Source: Novakomyces olei | Taxonomy: Eukaryota | Length of the DNA stretch: 64,000 nucleotides | Direction of reading: 5' to 3' | NCBI GenBank assembly: GCA_016906335.1 | Contig: JADEYG010000003.1 | Span: 124,001-188,000 of the forward strand | Shown: positions 38,367 through 50,035 of the stretch, one piece after another | Layout: each line of letters begins with the position of its first letter | Numbering within the stretch: position 1 is the first letter of the stretch | Translations under genes and position numbers: made by a program | Notes under the pieces: model-generated | The model's database searches: none | Seen by the model: the letters and a program-made list of their open reading frames with translations, nothing else | Told to the model about the DNA's origin: nothing

Positions 38367-40584
38367 TTAAGCAAAGCAAAGTTCCCAACCACGATGCTCA
38401 ATAATAGCAATCCAATCCACCCAAAGCCGACCGTCCAAATTTTCGTTCCACACTTGCTCAACAACGCTTTGTGCGAGCTTAATGTTTCCCATTCGGCTGC
38501 TTTGGTACAAATTTTCAAACATACGTGTGATTTGGTGCCGATGAAAAGGCTGCACTGCATCAACTCCAATAATAAAAAGGGGAAAGAGTAAAGAGCATCG
38601 AATGTCGTGCTGAAACAGCGGCTCCATAATGCCCAACACTTCTTCGATCAATGCCTGACTCGAAAGGCATGCAGCATTGATTTTGTGTATTACTTGATGC
38701 AAGTAAATCCGAGCTGCAGCCTGATGCACGTAAAATGCGGAGACGTAATTTGGAACTTGATCAGCATAAATACTCGCCAAGTCTTTTGTGTTGGGCTGCG
38801 CATCAATCAGCTTTTGTTCTAATATCAAACTAGCAGAAGCCAGCTCTGTGATTGTCATTTCATGGCGCCGTGTATGTAACTGCATGATATCGCCAAGCGT
38901 TGCGAAAATGCTCTTGCAGCAGCTCATATGTGAGTCTAAGCCGTAATGAACAGATAATATTTCTGACATTTCAAAAGACGACAATGAAGGGCCCCTCGAC
39001 ATGCTCGCACTCGACTATTCTGATTAGCGAAATCAAAAAGATATGAAGCATTCAAGAAAACGGACAAAAGAGTCTCTTGGAAACTCAAAACAAAAGTCAT
39101 GATATTTTCGTTAAAGCACTAGATACCCAGCGGGCATTCATTGCTTGATTAGAGAATTAAGGAGACTGAGGTGTCAAAGAGCTTAAACAGGAAATTGGCA
39201 GTAACGAAACTTCCAACGGTTGTCTTGATTTCAAGAGCTGTTAAAGGCAATCATAACGTTTTGAAAGAAAGAAAAATAAAAGAAATTCAACAATAGTGCG
39301 TACCATTAAATCGTGATAAATAAAATTCTGTAGTAGCCAAGTATTAGGCTTTTCGAGTTCCTTTCCTTGTTGGTCGTCTTGCTTCCGGCTGAGCAAATCT
39401 TGGATAATCTCTTTTGCCACCCGGTGTGAAGCTACCCAGTGTACATGGCCGCCACGCAGAATATCGATCGAACTTAGAATAAGCGCGCAAGTCAGCGTGG
39501 TCTCAGAGTAGCGCGCATCTACACACAACTGGTCAAAAACCTGGTGCGCACGTGCGAGAAGTGCTTTAGCCCATTCGCGGAACTCGGGCTGATAGGCAGA
39601 CAAGTGCACAGAAGACCAAGCAAGTACACAGAGCATAACGTTCTTATCGCGCCGTGCTAACTGGAGTAAAAAACGAACAAAAAAATTGTTTACGTCTGGC
39701 GAGACACAAGTCTTTTGACTTAGTGATTGAACATAGTAATCAATAAGATTGGTTGACTGTTCCTCTGTAATTGGCTGGATCTTGGTTGGGGCCATTAGAG
39801 GCTCCGCTTGACCAGTATTGAATGCGAAATCTTTGCCTTGATGAGAGAAAGAACTGCGTGCTAGGCTCGAGGCAGGACTGCTACACGTGGAGGCACCAAA
39901 CATCGAATCGCTGTCTGCTGTACTAGTACTGCTCAGACTCGCTGACCGGAAGAGATCGCCAGTAGGCGAATTGGTACTATTGCTATCTTGCTCTGCGGCT
40001 CTCGGTGCCTCCGTCAAATTCAGCTCATAAGCCAATACCTCATCCAGTGTGCCGCTAATTGGAAGCCCCGTCGCAGTCGCTTCATCTAGCAGCAGATTCT
40101 CGAGTTCTGCACTCTTTTCTCCCTTGTCCACTTTGCCCTCTTTTGGTACAACATCTTGCTCAAACGCGTTACCCGTGTTCACGTGATCCGGACCACTATC
40201 GGAGACTGTGTTCACGTGACTATTACTTTCTTCAGTCACGTGACTTGGTGACATCACGTGACTTTCGGTCATTTTCCTATCATTTTTGGTCACGTGATCA
40301 TCGTTGGTCTCTAAACTCCTGTCTCTTGCTGTCGGCTCTGTATGTAGATTCAGTGCGTGTCGTGTCGAATGGAACCGCCGTGCTCTGCCGCCGCTTGATT
40401 CGTGGTACTTGCATTCGAGTCGCAAGCGTGCGCATCCACCACAAACAGGATGAGCCATATCACATTTTTTCCTAAATCTTTTAGACGAGTTAAAAGCATC
40501 TCCTTACTTGCGAGCTCGACAGGTGAGACAGCCATCTTTTGAGCGTGTGCAATTGGGCCGCCGTTTGTGCACACGTTCAGCCAT
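38367..40584 (-). CDS. Zn(II)2Cys6 transcription factor with Fungal_trans_2-type C-terminal domain, 3 exons
   Basis: Spliced RSKDGCLTCRARK|KKCDMAHPVCGGCARLRLECKY, then FIYHDLM, LLFPLFIIG, R.GNI and VDW..WELCFA. Confidence 0.92.
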
Positions 40585-42180
40585 TGTGAACTTATTTAGG
40601 CTCAATGTTCAGAGAAAAATGAAATGCAAAGCTTGGAAAGCAAAAATTCGAAAGGCATCGAGTCAAATGTATTGCATTTGGATATAGAAATGTCAAAATT
40701 TGAGAGCTCGAGTTCTATCTAATACGATAAATAAAATATAGTTGAAAAAATTAGAAAACGTAGTATCGGGATCTGTTCCGATGATGGACCTTAAATGGGA
40801 GATGTCACCCAAAAAGGGAAGCGTTGGTAAAGCATGCGAAACGACTCTCGGGTTTTGTATGATAAGACGTAAAAAGCCGACAAGGAGAAATGCCGCTCTA
40901 TGCGCGAATAAACTCTATTATTTCGCCACTTGAGTAAGCTAGAGATACGGTAAGTGGGATAATCTAGTTTATACCCCCACCGCAAGCCCTAACCCTATTT
41001 TTTCGGGAAGGTAACCGCGATCTATACAATAACATTGAGCAATTGGATAACCCGACGAACGTGGGAACGATGATAAAACGATACTGACTGGGCCGAGTTG
41101 TGGCATGAAAAATGCTGTGCCCTGGCTATTGCTCACCAATACCTTATCAAAAGATTCTTGTTGTGCGCAATTGATCTATCACACAGCCATTGTTCTAATT
41201 AAGATGGGTTAACAATCATTGTGTAACAGGAAATATTGAATTAGATGATTTGCGCTTTTGTCCGACAAAAAAGGCTCTTTGATTCGGGTGAAGTAGCATT
41301 AAAGTTATTTTCGTGAACGTTCTATTAGCTACTTCAGTTTATTATTATTAGCTTTAAATGATACTTATCTATATTTAGTATTTAACGGTGTATATTACTT
41401 GATTTCTGTTGCTTTCAGTTTATGCGTTGAGTCTGTCACATGCTTTGTCACGTAATCTCTGGTACTGCATTTCCGTCGGAGTGTAAATATCGAGTATTCC
41501 TTGACTGGTTTACTTGAATTTAAAGCTAAGTGAATAATAAACGTACATATTACTATCGAAGTCGAGCCAGCATAGAAAAATACAACGGTACATCGATGCT
41601 TCACAAGATTTTTGACGATAAGTAACTAAACGTCTCATCGCTGGCAATTATGACGGGCCGGGTATATAACGATTTCGAGCCGAAATGTCCATTTACTTCC
41701 GATTACCAGACTAGAAGCATTGTCTTCATAAGCTATTTCAAATTTGCAGTAAATTTAGATTTTGTAGCATAACTGATTCCAATTATTAAGCATTAATATG
41801 GTGGAATATCTTAATATCGGCATACCTTCCGCATCTGCTAGACCATGGCATGAACAAAGGTTGTGTTTAATGTTCAACCTCAGAATTTGCACATGCCTTT
41901 TTTAATATCAATATAGACTTGTCTTGCGCCAAAATTCCGTCTTCCCAGAGTTTGCTGTATAATTTACATGCTGTGCGATTTACATAAATAAAGCACGTAC
42001 GATCAACAATATACAGAAAAGCCAGTGCTTCGCGCAAGATCTACTATACAAAAGCCCCATAATACTCATAGTGTAACAATATATTGAGTAGCTATTAAAC
42101 ATCATGTACAATCATAAGATTGTGATTAACTATTTACATAAATCATAGTCTTTCAAACGCATGTCATAAGCCAACGACCT

Positions 42181-43107
42181 CTATGCCTTTGTTGGTTTCC
42201 AATGCTGATCGTCATTAAACATGCTAACACCCCAGTTGGGAGCCATGTACCGCTTGTGATCCTTCTTGTTGATCTCGTCGATTGCCTCAACGTCAGCAGG
42301 GGACAACTCGACGTCCTCAAAGTTTGTCTTGATACGTGATGCAGTGACCGACTTTGGTACGACAGACCATCCCTTGGCAACACCCCATGCAATCATGACT
42401 TGAGCGGTAGAACAATTGTTCTTCTCAGCAATACTATTAATAACAGGGTCAGTATGAAGAGAGCTCGATGCCGATCCAAGGGGTGAATAGGCAGTAAGGT
42501 GAATGCCTTTGCTGTCGCAATATTCCTTGAGGCGATCCTGAGCCAAAAGGGGATGCAACTCAACTTGATTGACAGCCGGTACGACCTTCCAAGTATTGCT
42601 CAATCGCTCTAAATTGGCAGTATCAAAGTTAGATACTCCAATAGCACGTACTTTGCCCGTGTCTAAAAGCTTTTCCATCTCGGCCCAGGTATCGTTAATT
42701 GACCAACCATCATGGAAGATGATCTCACCCTTTTCGTTCTTCGGGTAATTCTCATCGTCGATTCCAGGCTGCATGGGCACAGGGTAATGCATGAGATACA
42801 GATCAAGATAGTCGACACCCAAATTCTCAAGAGACTTATCCAATGCCTCTTCGACGCGAGAATGATACGTATTCCACAATTTAGATGTTACAAAGATTTC
42901 GTCACGCGGAACTCTGCTCTGGCTGATTGCTTCACCGGCCTCCTTCTCATTCATGTACCGATAAGCAGAGTCAATGTGCCTATAGCCAGCGTCCAGCGCA
43001 GTCGCCACAGCTTCTTTGACTTCATGAGGCTTGGACTTGTATGTACCAAGGCCAACAGCTGGCACTTGTACGCCATTGTTCAACGTAAACGTCTTTCCAC
43101 TCGACAT
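42181..43107 (-). CDS. Aldo-keto reductase (Gcy1/Ypr1-like)
   Basis: VGLGTY, GYRHIDSAYRY, FVTSKLWN, DLYLMHYP, IGVSNF and VVPKSVT; D-Y-K-H tetrad present. Confidence 0.95.
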   Translation of the reverse strand: MSSGKTFTLNNGVQVPAVGLGTYKSKPHEVKEAVATALDAGYRHIDSAYRYMNEKEAGEAISQSRVPRDEIFVTSKLWNTYHSRVEEALDKSLENLGVDYLDLYLMHYPVPMQPGIDDENYPKNEKGEIIFHDGWSINDTWAEMEKLLDTGKVRAIGVSNFDTANLERLSNTWKVVPAVNQVELHPLLAQDRLKEYCDSKGIHLTAYSPLGSASSSLHTDPVINSIAEKNNCSTAQVMIAWGVAKGWSVVPKSVTASRIKTNFEDVELSPADVEAIDEINKKDHKRYMAPNWGVSMFNDDQHWKPTKA

Positions 43108-45304
43108 GATGTGTAATTAAATGTATCTAAAGATTGATACTTGAGAGTTGTTGCTGATAACGAGAGAACAAAAGCCCATATTTATAGTCTGCTTACACGA
43201 GCTGCGAGCGCAAGCGAGAACGAGCAGTTACCCTTTCGAGCGGAATTGTTCTCATGACGTCGAGGCTCCGATAACCCGATATACCATAAAGGGTCGGATC
43301 CATATGTTAGGGAAATTACGTCTCCCAAACGGGTAAACGCATCGAACACTAATAAAAATTGGTTAAAATTGCAATAGATTTCAAAAATCAGCAGCTGATG
43401 AGTACCAGTATAAGCAGGCGAACATATGAGAGCCCAAGAGACCGCCATGCTGGGGAGAGAGGAGGGCAGTGGCATAGGCGAGATGCAAACTCATTGCGCT
43501 CAATGCTTATCTGAGTCTTAATTTTAAAAACAGATCTATATTGATATTTTTGGCGTGGCTTGATATTGAGATCGCACTATCTATATGGCCAGGGGATCGC
43601 GTTGCTAAAGATACATTGAGATCAATCGTCATTGGATACAATAATATAGAAATTAGCATGACAAATCATCATCAAGATAAGCACAATAGAACAGATTGCA
43701 AAAACTAATTTGCAAATGGTAATTGTTCTTTGCGCCTACTCCATGAGTGGATCAATGATATTTGTACATGGTCGAGCAGGATGCTGTGAGCCACCGCAGC
43801 AAACGCGAAGGAGAATTGAGGCGCCAAGCTGTCTGAATTGTGATTGGTTTAGCAAGCAATTTCGACCATCGTAAGAGTGTATCGTTTTGGGAAGCTCGGA
43901 TAAATAGTTTAATAACAATCTACGTCATATTTAATTTCCGTCAAATTAACGGCATTGTTTATGTACAAGTAAATTTTTAAAGCAATACTAAAAGCGAACA
44001 CGCCAAACCATTTGCAGCATTGAGTAGCGATATTTATTGTTATAAACAGTCTAGCATTCTTTACGAAGCATGGACCATAAACTGTCTAGTGACGAGCTTC
44101 ATTCATTCACACGAGTGTGCCTTGAGATGGTAGTATTTTAAAATACTTTCAACAATATTCTTTATTTGTATAGAGCGAAGTTGAATACACGTTGTGGCCA
44201 AGTGTTGGAATTAATAGTGCAGTTATGTGTGCTGGCTTTGGCGGTGGCGGTGGTAAAATATAAAGTTAAAATAATGATATTGGATAACCCACTTTGCGTA
44301 TTCTTTTCAGATACTACATTCTATGCTACTCGTAGATTCTGAGCAATCAGCTTACCAGTGTGTAATGACCGATAAAAAACACGACATAAACAAGAGTCAC
44401 GTATACGAACTAATCTATGAGAGCATATTACGCACTGTGTAAGCCAAAATACCACAAAGCACCAAGTAATCCCATAGAATGCCTAATTCTATGAACTAAT
44501 ACGCTATGCAAAAATTTGCAGGATCCTCGTGCGACGGTGAGAATGGCAAGGCAGAACTTTTGTGTTTCTGTGGAGTGCAAAAGTTGCCTCCATGGTGGGC
44601 ATTGATGGAATACAAAAAACAAAACTGATTTAATGAGACTGAATCGCACTTGTGCGCTACTGCTGTCAACTTTTGTACTGAGCTCTTGAATGAACACTGC
44701 ATACTGCCTTTCCATACTCACCGTCTTTGGGGGATAATGTGGCACTGCATTGGGATTGTGCAAGTTCCTCAACTGGCTGACGCAAACCGCGTTTTAGCAA
44801 GCTGATTATTCCAAGTAAAATTGTCGAGTGATCGGTTCTTGAGATGACTCGGGGCGTTGCATGTTCATTGTGCCCCCACTTTTCAAATACGTATTAGAGA
44901 CTTGCAAGAATGGTGCTGGAAAATGATAACTGGCCCAGAAAGGCTGTTGCCTATTTGTTATTTATTTCACAGAGGAGTTGCATTGGCCGAATAATATTTA
45001 TACACTATAAGCTTTGTCCTATAGTGAAGTATTACTGCGTTATAGTTTGACCATTGCGCTCATAGAGTCCTATCATTGCGCCCTGAAGCTGTATAATATT
45101 TATTTACCATTGTTTCCGTGCATCAGTATCGGATCCGATACTCTAATGACGCGTCTGAAAATAGAGCAGTAAAGATTAAATTGTCGAAACTACAATAGCA
45201 TTGAGCACGACACAATTCTAGTGTACATTTAATCCCAAACTTGCAATAATATAATACTATAAAAGGGCTATGTACTATAAAAGGACCACATACAATAGAG
45301 TACT

Positions 45305-45415
45305 AACACAATAAGAGTACTAACACATATATAGTACCAACACAATAAGAGTACTAACACATATATAGTACCAACACAATAAGAGTACTAACACATATAT
45401 AGTACCAACACAATT
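45305..45415. repeat. Perfect 34-bp tandem repeat x3.3 (AACACAATAAGAGTACTAACACATATATAGTACC)
   Basis: Units at 45305, 45339 and 45373, partial unit at 45407. Confidence 0.95.
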
Positions 45416-45722
45416 ATTGTATTATACAGAGTTTGTGCTTGAAGAATATTGCACAACATAATAGAAAAATAATCGAAAAATAATAGAATAATAATCGAAT
45501 AATAATAACTCGAATCCATTGCTGTAGTAAACTCGCAGTTTACACCACACCGGCGCATACCAAACTCTGGCTGAACTCGAGTCTGCTTGGGTACGAGCCC
45601 GGTCTAATTCTGTCTGCACGGGCCAACGACAAGGACTGTCCCACACGATGAAAGCGTACTAATTTCAGCGTCTCGACTTTTCTGACCACCTTTTTTGGCA
45701 TACGTTTTCCACGTCTCTTGCC

Positions 45723-46529
45723 ATGCGGAGGTGTCTCAATATCCCGCGGGATCTACGCGTCACCCGGCAGTTTACGTGTGTGAGCGCTGTACGCAGTTTT
45801 GCGTCCGAAGCCGCTCGCACTTTTGAATGGCCAAGTTCGCCTCACCCTAACCCTTATCAAATATTCCATTTGCCCCGTACCGCGTCCGCCAACGATGTGA
45901 AGAAGAGATACTACGAGCTGGTAAAATGCTTTCATCCGGATACCGCTCCAAAGGAAGAAACGGCGTCTGCCACAGAGCTGAGGGAAAGGTTTCACAAAAT
46001 TGTAGCGGCTTACGAACTGCTCTCAAATCCATCCCGCCGGGCACAGTACGATCGCAGCGGGCTCGGCTGGGATCGGCAGGCTCCACGGACTTTGGCGAGT
46101 CGGCGGTCTGGCAAGGCCTGGCAGCCGATGCATAACGATGAATGGGAGTACTTTTACAATCGGCACTTTGCTGGTCGCGAAAATGCGAGCGGTGATAGGA
46201 CTTCTGCAGAGGGCAATTTACGAGACGATATCTCCAACAATCGTGGAGTCTTCATCGTCTGTCTATTAGCAGTCGTCGGCCTCATTGCACAGTCTTATCG
46301 TTTTGATCGCGAGCACCAAAACTTGCAGGCGCAAGTGAGTAATCGTCAGCATCAAACGGGAGAGGATTTGGCCGATACACGGTTTCTGGCTCACAATTTG
46401 TCTCACGGTGATAGAAGGCAAATGTTTTTAGAGTCGCGTGAGCACGGTAAACCTGCAGAATCGAGGTTTCGTGACAAGGCGCTCGACAATCATCTTTCTG
46501 CCGGTGAACGATGTGTAAATAACCCTTAA
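45723..46529 (+). CDS. JID1: Mitochondrial J-domain protein, Jid1-like
   Basis: Arg-rich presequence, WPSSPHPNPYQIF, J domain with HPD (FHPDT, AYELLS), and one C-terminal hydrophobic segment. Confidence 0.8.
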   Translation: MRRCLNIPRDLRVTRQFTCVSAVRSFASEAARTFEWPSSPHPNPYQIFHLPRTASANDVKKRYYELVKCFHPDTAPKEETASATELRERFHKIVAAYELLSNPSRRAQYDRSGLGWDRQAPRTLASRRSGKAWQPMHNDEWEYFYNRHFAGRENASGDRTSAEGNLRDDISNNRGVFIVCLLAVVGLIAQSYRFDREHQNLQAQVSNRQHQTGEDLADTRFLAHNLSHGDRRQMFLESREHGKPAESRFRDKALDNHLSAGERCVNNP

Positions 46530-46985
46530 ATTGGTGGGCCCTTTGGACTACAGGCACTTGAGTCAAACAAGACTGTTTTGTATATACAATGTACTTTTCG
46601 TCCCCAGTACGGGTTTCATATATGTGCAACCCCGACTTGATACCCGCGTGAGGCTGGCAACTTGAGTTCCGTCTTTCAGATTGTCATATAACTGCATTTA
46701 TACCTTACATTACATGTTCAGAATGAACGAATCAAGCTGCTGAGCTGATGCGATTATATTCCTTCAGCGATATTGGGCGCTGTGTAATTCTGTACATGGA
46801 AAATAGTAGCTGGTCGTATTATTGAGACATTGTCGACCATAGCAAACTGCTTGCAAAACTTTAAAGAAATAAAATACTTTCCAGCAAGCCGAAGTATGTA
46901 AAAAACATTAAAACTGTTAAATGTTTTCATGCAGTCTTTGGCACATCACGCGCCAAAAAGATGAATGGTAAACCTGTTGCAGTTT

Positions 46986-48026
46986 TCAGAGCACAATAGC
47001 ATCATACTCTGCTCTGTTCTCAAGCACATAGATATTCCCATTATCCTTGTCAAATACAGTATCTCCAACCCATTCGGTATAAAGATCGTGCTTTCGTGTC
47101 TTTGCAGGCTGCTCTGGCGATGGTATTTCAGCCAAAATTTCTTGTCGCCGCCTTATAGTTTTAAGCAACGACTGGCCGCGGCTTCGTGCCTCTTCGCACC
47201 AAGTCTCTGGGCACGAGAATCCTAGCAGTTCCTCAAGGATAGAATCTTGGCGCATCATGGCCACTCGAAAAAGCCATACTTCCCTATTATTGAACTGAGT
47301 AGAAGCAGTTTCAGGCCAATAGACAACGCAGTATTCAAGTAAGAACCCTGCAAATGCCACTAGAGGCACAGCTTCTGGCTGTACTAGATTTATTACACGA
47401 TCTAGAGTTAGGGCAGGATCTATACTCGCTAAATACGAGCACAGCCGATCCAAAAGTTCAGCCGGACCGGGATCAACTGTAGGCAGACACAAGATTAATG
47501 GGGGAATTTCTGTCGTCTCGTGACGTACACTGCGACGTGTGGCGGCTGCCACGCGTCGCCTCTCAGCGAATAACGTTGCATTGACAAAAAAAATTGCGTC
47601 TACTGGATCGCTGTACCGAAAAACAAACAGCTCGTCATACTCCTAATTTAATTAGTAAATACTTTGGCGTACACCTAAGTTTGAACGAGACGAAATTGCT
47701 GGACTGTGAGGAATCTAAGGACACAGAGAGTGACCTGAAAAAGGATCAATTATCATTGAGAAACCAAAATAGTTATCGAAACTGAGACGTTTACTCAGAC
47801 TGATCCCCACAATAATTTACCTTGGAAATTTCGGCGACAAACTGCTTTAAAGGCGCGAGTGAAATTGCACAATGGTCGACGAGGAAAGCAGCTAAAGTTT
47901 AGTTAATCCGGTTAATTGCTCTTTACCTCTTAATCCACAGAGCACAGGAATAAGGCCGTTAACCAGTTTTCGAGAGACTCGTGCATTTAGACCTAAGGCT
48001 GCAACTGCACGCTGAACACTTTCCAT
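46986..48026 (-). CDS. Uncharacterised protein, DUF4504/C1orf74-like, 3 exons
   Basis: ATG at 48026 (MESVQRAV). Spliced VLCGLR|AAFLVDHC, then AFAGFLLEYCVVY and LLGFSCP. Two GT..TAG introns. Family recalled from motif pattern only. Confidence 0.65.
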
Positions 48027-48741
48027 GCCGCGAATGGCTCGCTTCTTGCCTATGTCATGGCAGTTGGACCAAGCAAATAGTGGATCGCTGAATGAGATTG
48101 CTAGAACAGTGACGATATAAATGATGTAGCCGATATTATAATTGTCGAAAATACTATATGTAGAAAAAGAAAAAAAATAAATAATAAGTCTATTCATTTA
48201 TTGACACAAATAATAAGATGCGGTTTAATGAGATTAGGGAAGCAAAATTAAGATTAATCAGTCTATTCAAAGAAGATGACGGTTTAAAGCAGAACTTTGT
48301 AATCAATTAAGAATAGCTGCCTTTTTCAAGCGATACATTCCTTCCTACTTGCTCAAAATTCTTTATGTAAAATCATAATTTGAATAAATGTTTTGAAATT
48401 TAATAAATGTGATCCTTGATATTAAAATCCTTACCGCAAGTTCAATAGTTCTAAATTTCATTGAGGCTAAACATTGAATAATCAATAAGCTACGATCTAC
48501 GTTTCGAACGCGCATGTATTCAGCTATAAATCAAAATAGCTCGGCAAACCAATGATCGAAGAAAATTTGTTTGGTTCAAGGCTAAGGGACTGAAGCGCTT
48601 TTTTGATTCTGTTAAGGGTTAGATAGGGTTTATGTCTATAATATATCATTTGATAAACATTATGTAGTAATTAATTATTTTCTTTTGCTGCAGTTCAGTT
48701 ATATTAAATTATTCCAAGGCGCATTTGCATTTAATCCACAC

Positions 48742-49777
48742 ATGGCAAAACGGCCATCGCAAGCAGACAAAGAGTCTGACCCGATTAATGCACAAGTCGA
48801 TAGCGCTCAAGACTCGGGAAAAGCGGCTATAGATGTTGTGAATGTGGACTTTGAAGTATGATAAAATTTGGACTGAAAAGATTGAAGTGAAAATGCCAAA
48901 CAGGAAACAATATAAAAAAAGTAGAAATAGAATAAAGAATCTAAAAACAAAGCAAATACCACCTCTATTGGAGTTCAATTACTAAATACAGTTCTTTGAT
49001 CCACAGGCGATTGATTTTCATGCGTTTCGCAACTTGTTAACGCAGCTTTTCGGCAGCGATGCGGCACAGTTTAATTTATCAGAATTATCAGATTTGATAT
49101 TGAGCCAACCAACGCTGGGATCGACAGTCAAAGTGGACGGCAACGAAAGCGATCCTTATGCACTTTTCACAATAATAAATATTAATGATCGGTACCAGAC
49201 CCAAGCTTGTATTAAGCAATTACAACAGTACATACTACGAAAAGCTACAGGGCCACTTTCGGAGGCCTTACACAAATTATTACGTCGTGCTTCCACCTCT
49301 CCGCCTCATGTGGGCCTCGTTTTGAGCGAGCGGTTGGTTAATATGCCAGTACAGATTGTGCCCCCAATGTACAAAATGCTGCTAGAGGAAATTTCATGGG
49401 CCGTTGCGGATAAGGAAGCTTACGAATTTTCACACTATCTTGTTGTCAGCAAGACGTTTACCGAGCACGGCACTCCTGGTTTTGATGAAGAGGATGACGC
49501 CGATAATCATGGGAAAAGGCCGCCAATGAAGCGAAGACGTCAACGGGAATTAGCGCGGCGAGCTGCGGCTCAAGACGAGGAAGAATCGACTAATTTTTTC
49601 CATCCGGAGGATCAGGTATTACGAGCTTTTGCTGTTGCGCATCAGCCCTTTGAGTACGATTCAACGGGAGATGCGGAAGCGAACAAGTTTGGGCTGCATA
49701 CACGTGGAGAGCTTATCTTATTAGAGGCAGAGCGATTTAAAGAAGCGATTGATGCTTTGCAGGGGGCTTTTTCTTAA
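48742..49777 (+). CDS. BCP1: Bcp1/BCCIP, 2 exons
   Basis: VNVDFE|FFDPQAIDFHAF, GSTVKVDGNESDPYA, SERLVNMPVQIVPPMYKML and FHPED. Confidence 0.94.
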
Positions 49778-49799
49778 GCGAATTAGAGGATAAATGAAC

Positions 49800-49814
49800 G
49801 AATGAATGAATGAA

Positions 49815-49889
<75 letters not shown>

Positions 49890-49891
49890 AT
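49800..49891. repeat. (AATG)n-(AAAT)n microsatellite
   Basis: About 19 AAAT units just 3' of BCP1. Confidence 0.97.
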
Positions 49892-50035
49892 TGTAATTTT
49901 ATTATCATAGTCAAGGCACTATCTACCTGCACCGGATTTCTACCAAATCTTCCTCTCTCTTTCTTGGCAAAACCTTCGCTCTTATTCATCAACTGTGCAA
50001 ATACTCTTAAATGCAATGCTATGTATTACTTATAC

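Noticed and set aside
44428..44772. 114-aa minus-strand ORF containing a GTGAGT donor-like site
   Set aside because: No recognisable domain or convincing start; left as an unexplained part of the long intergenic region.
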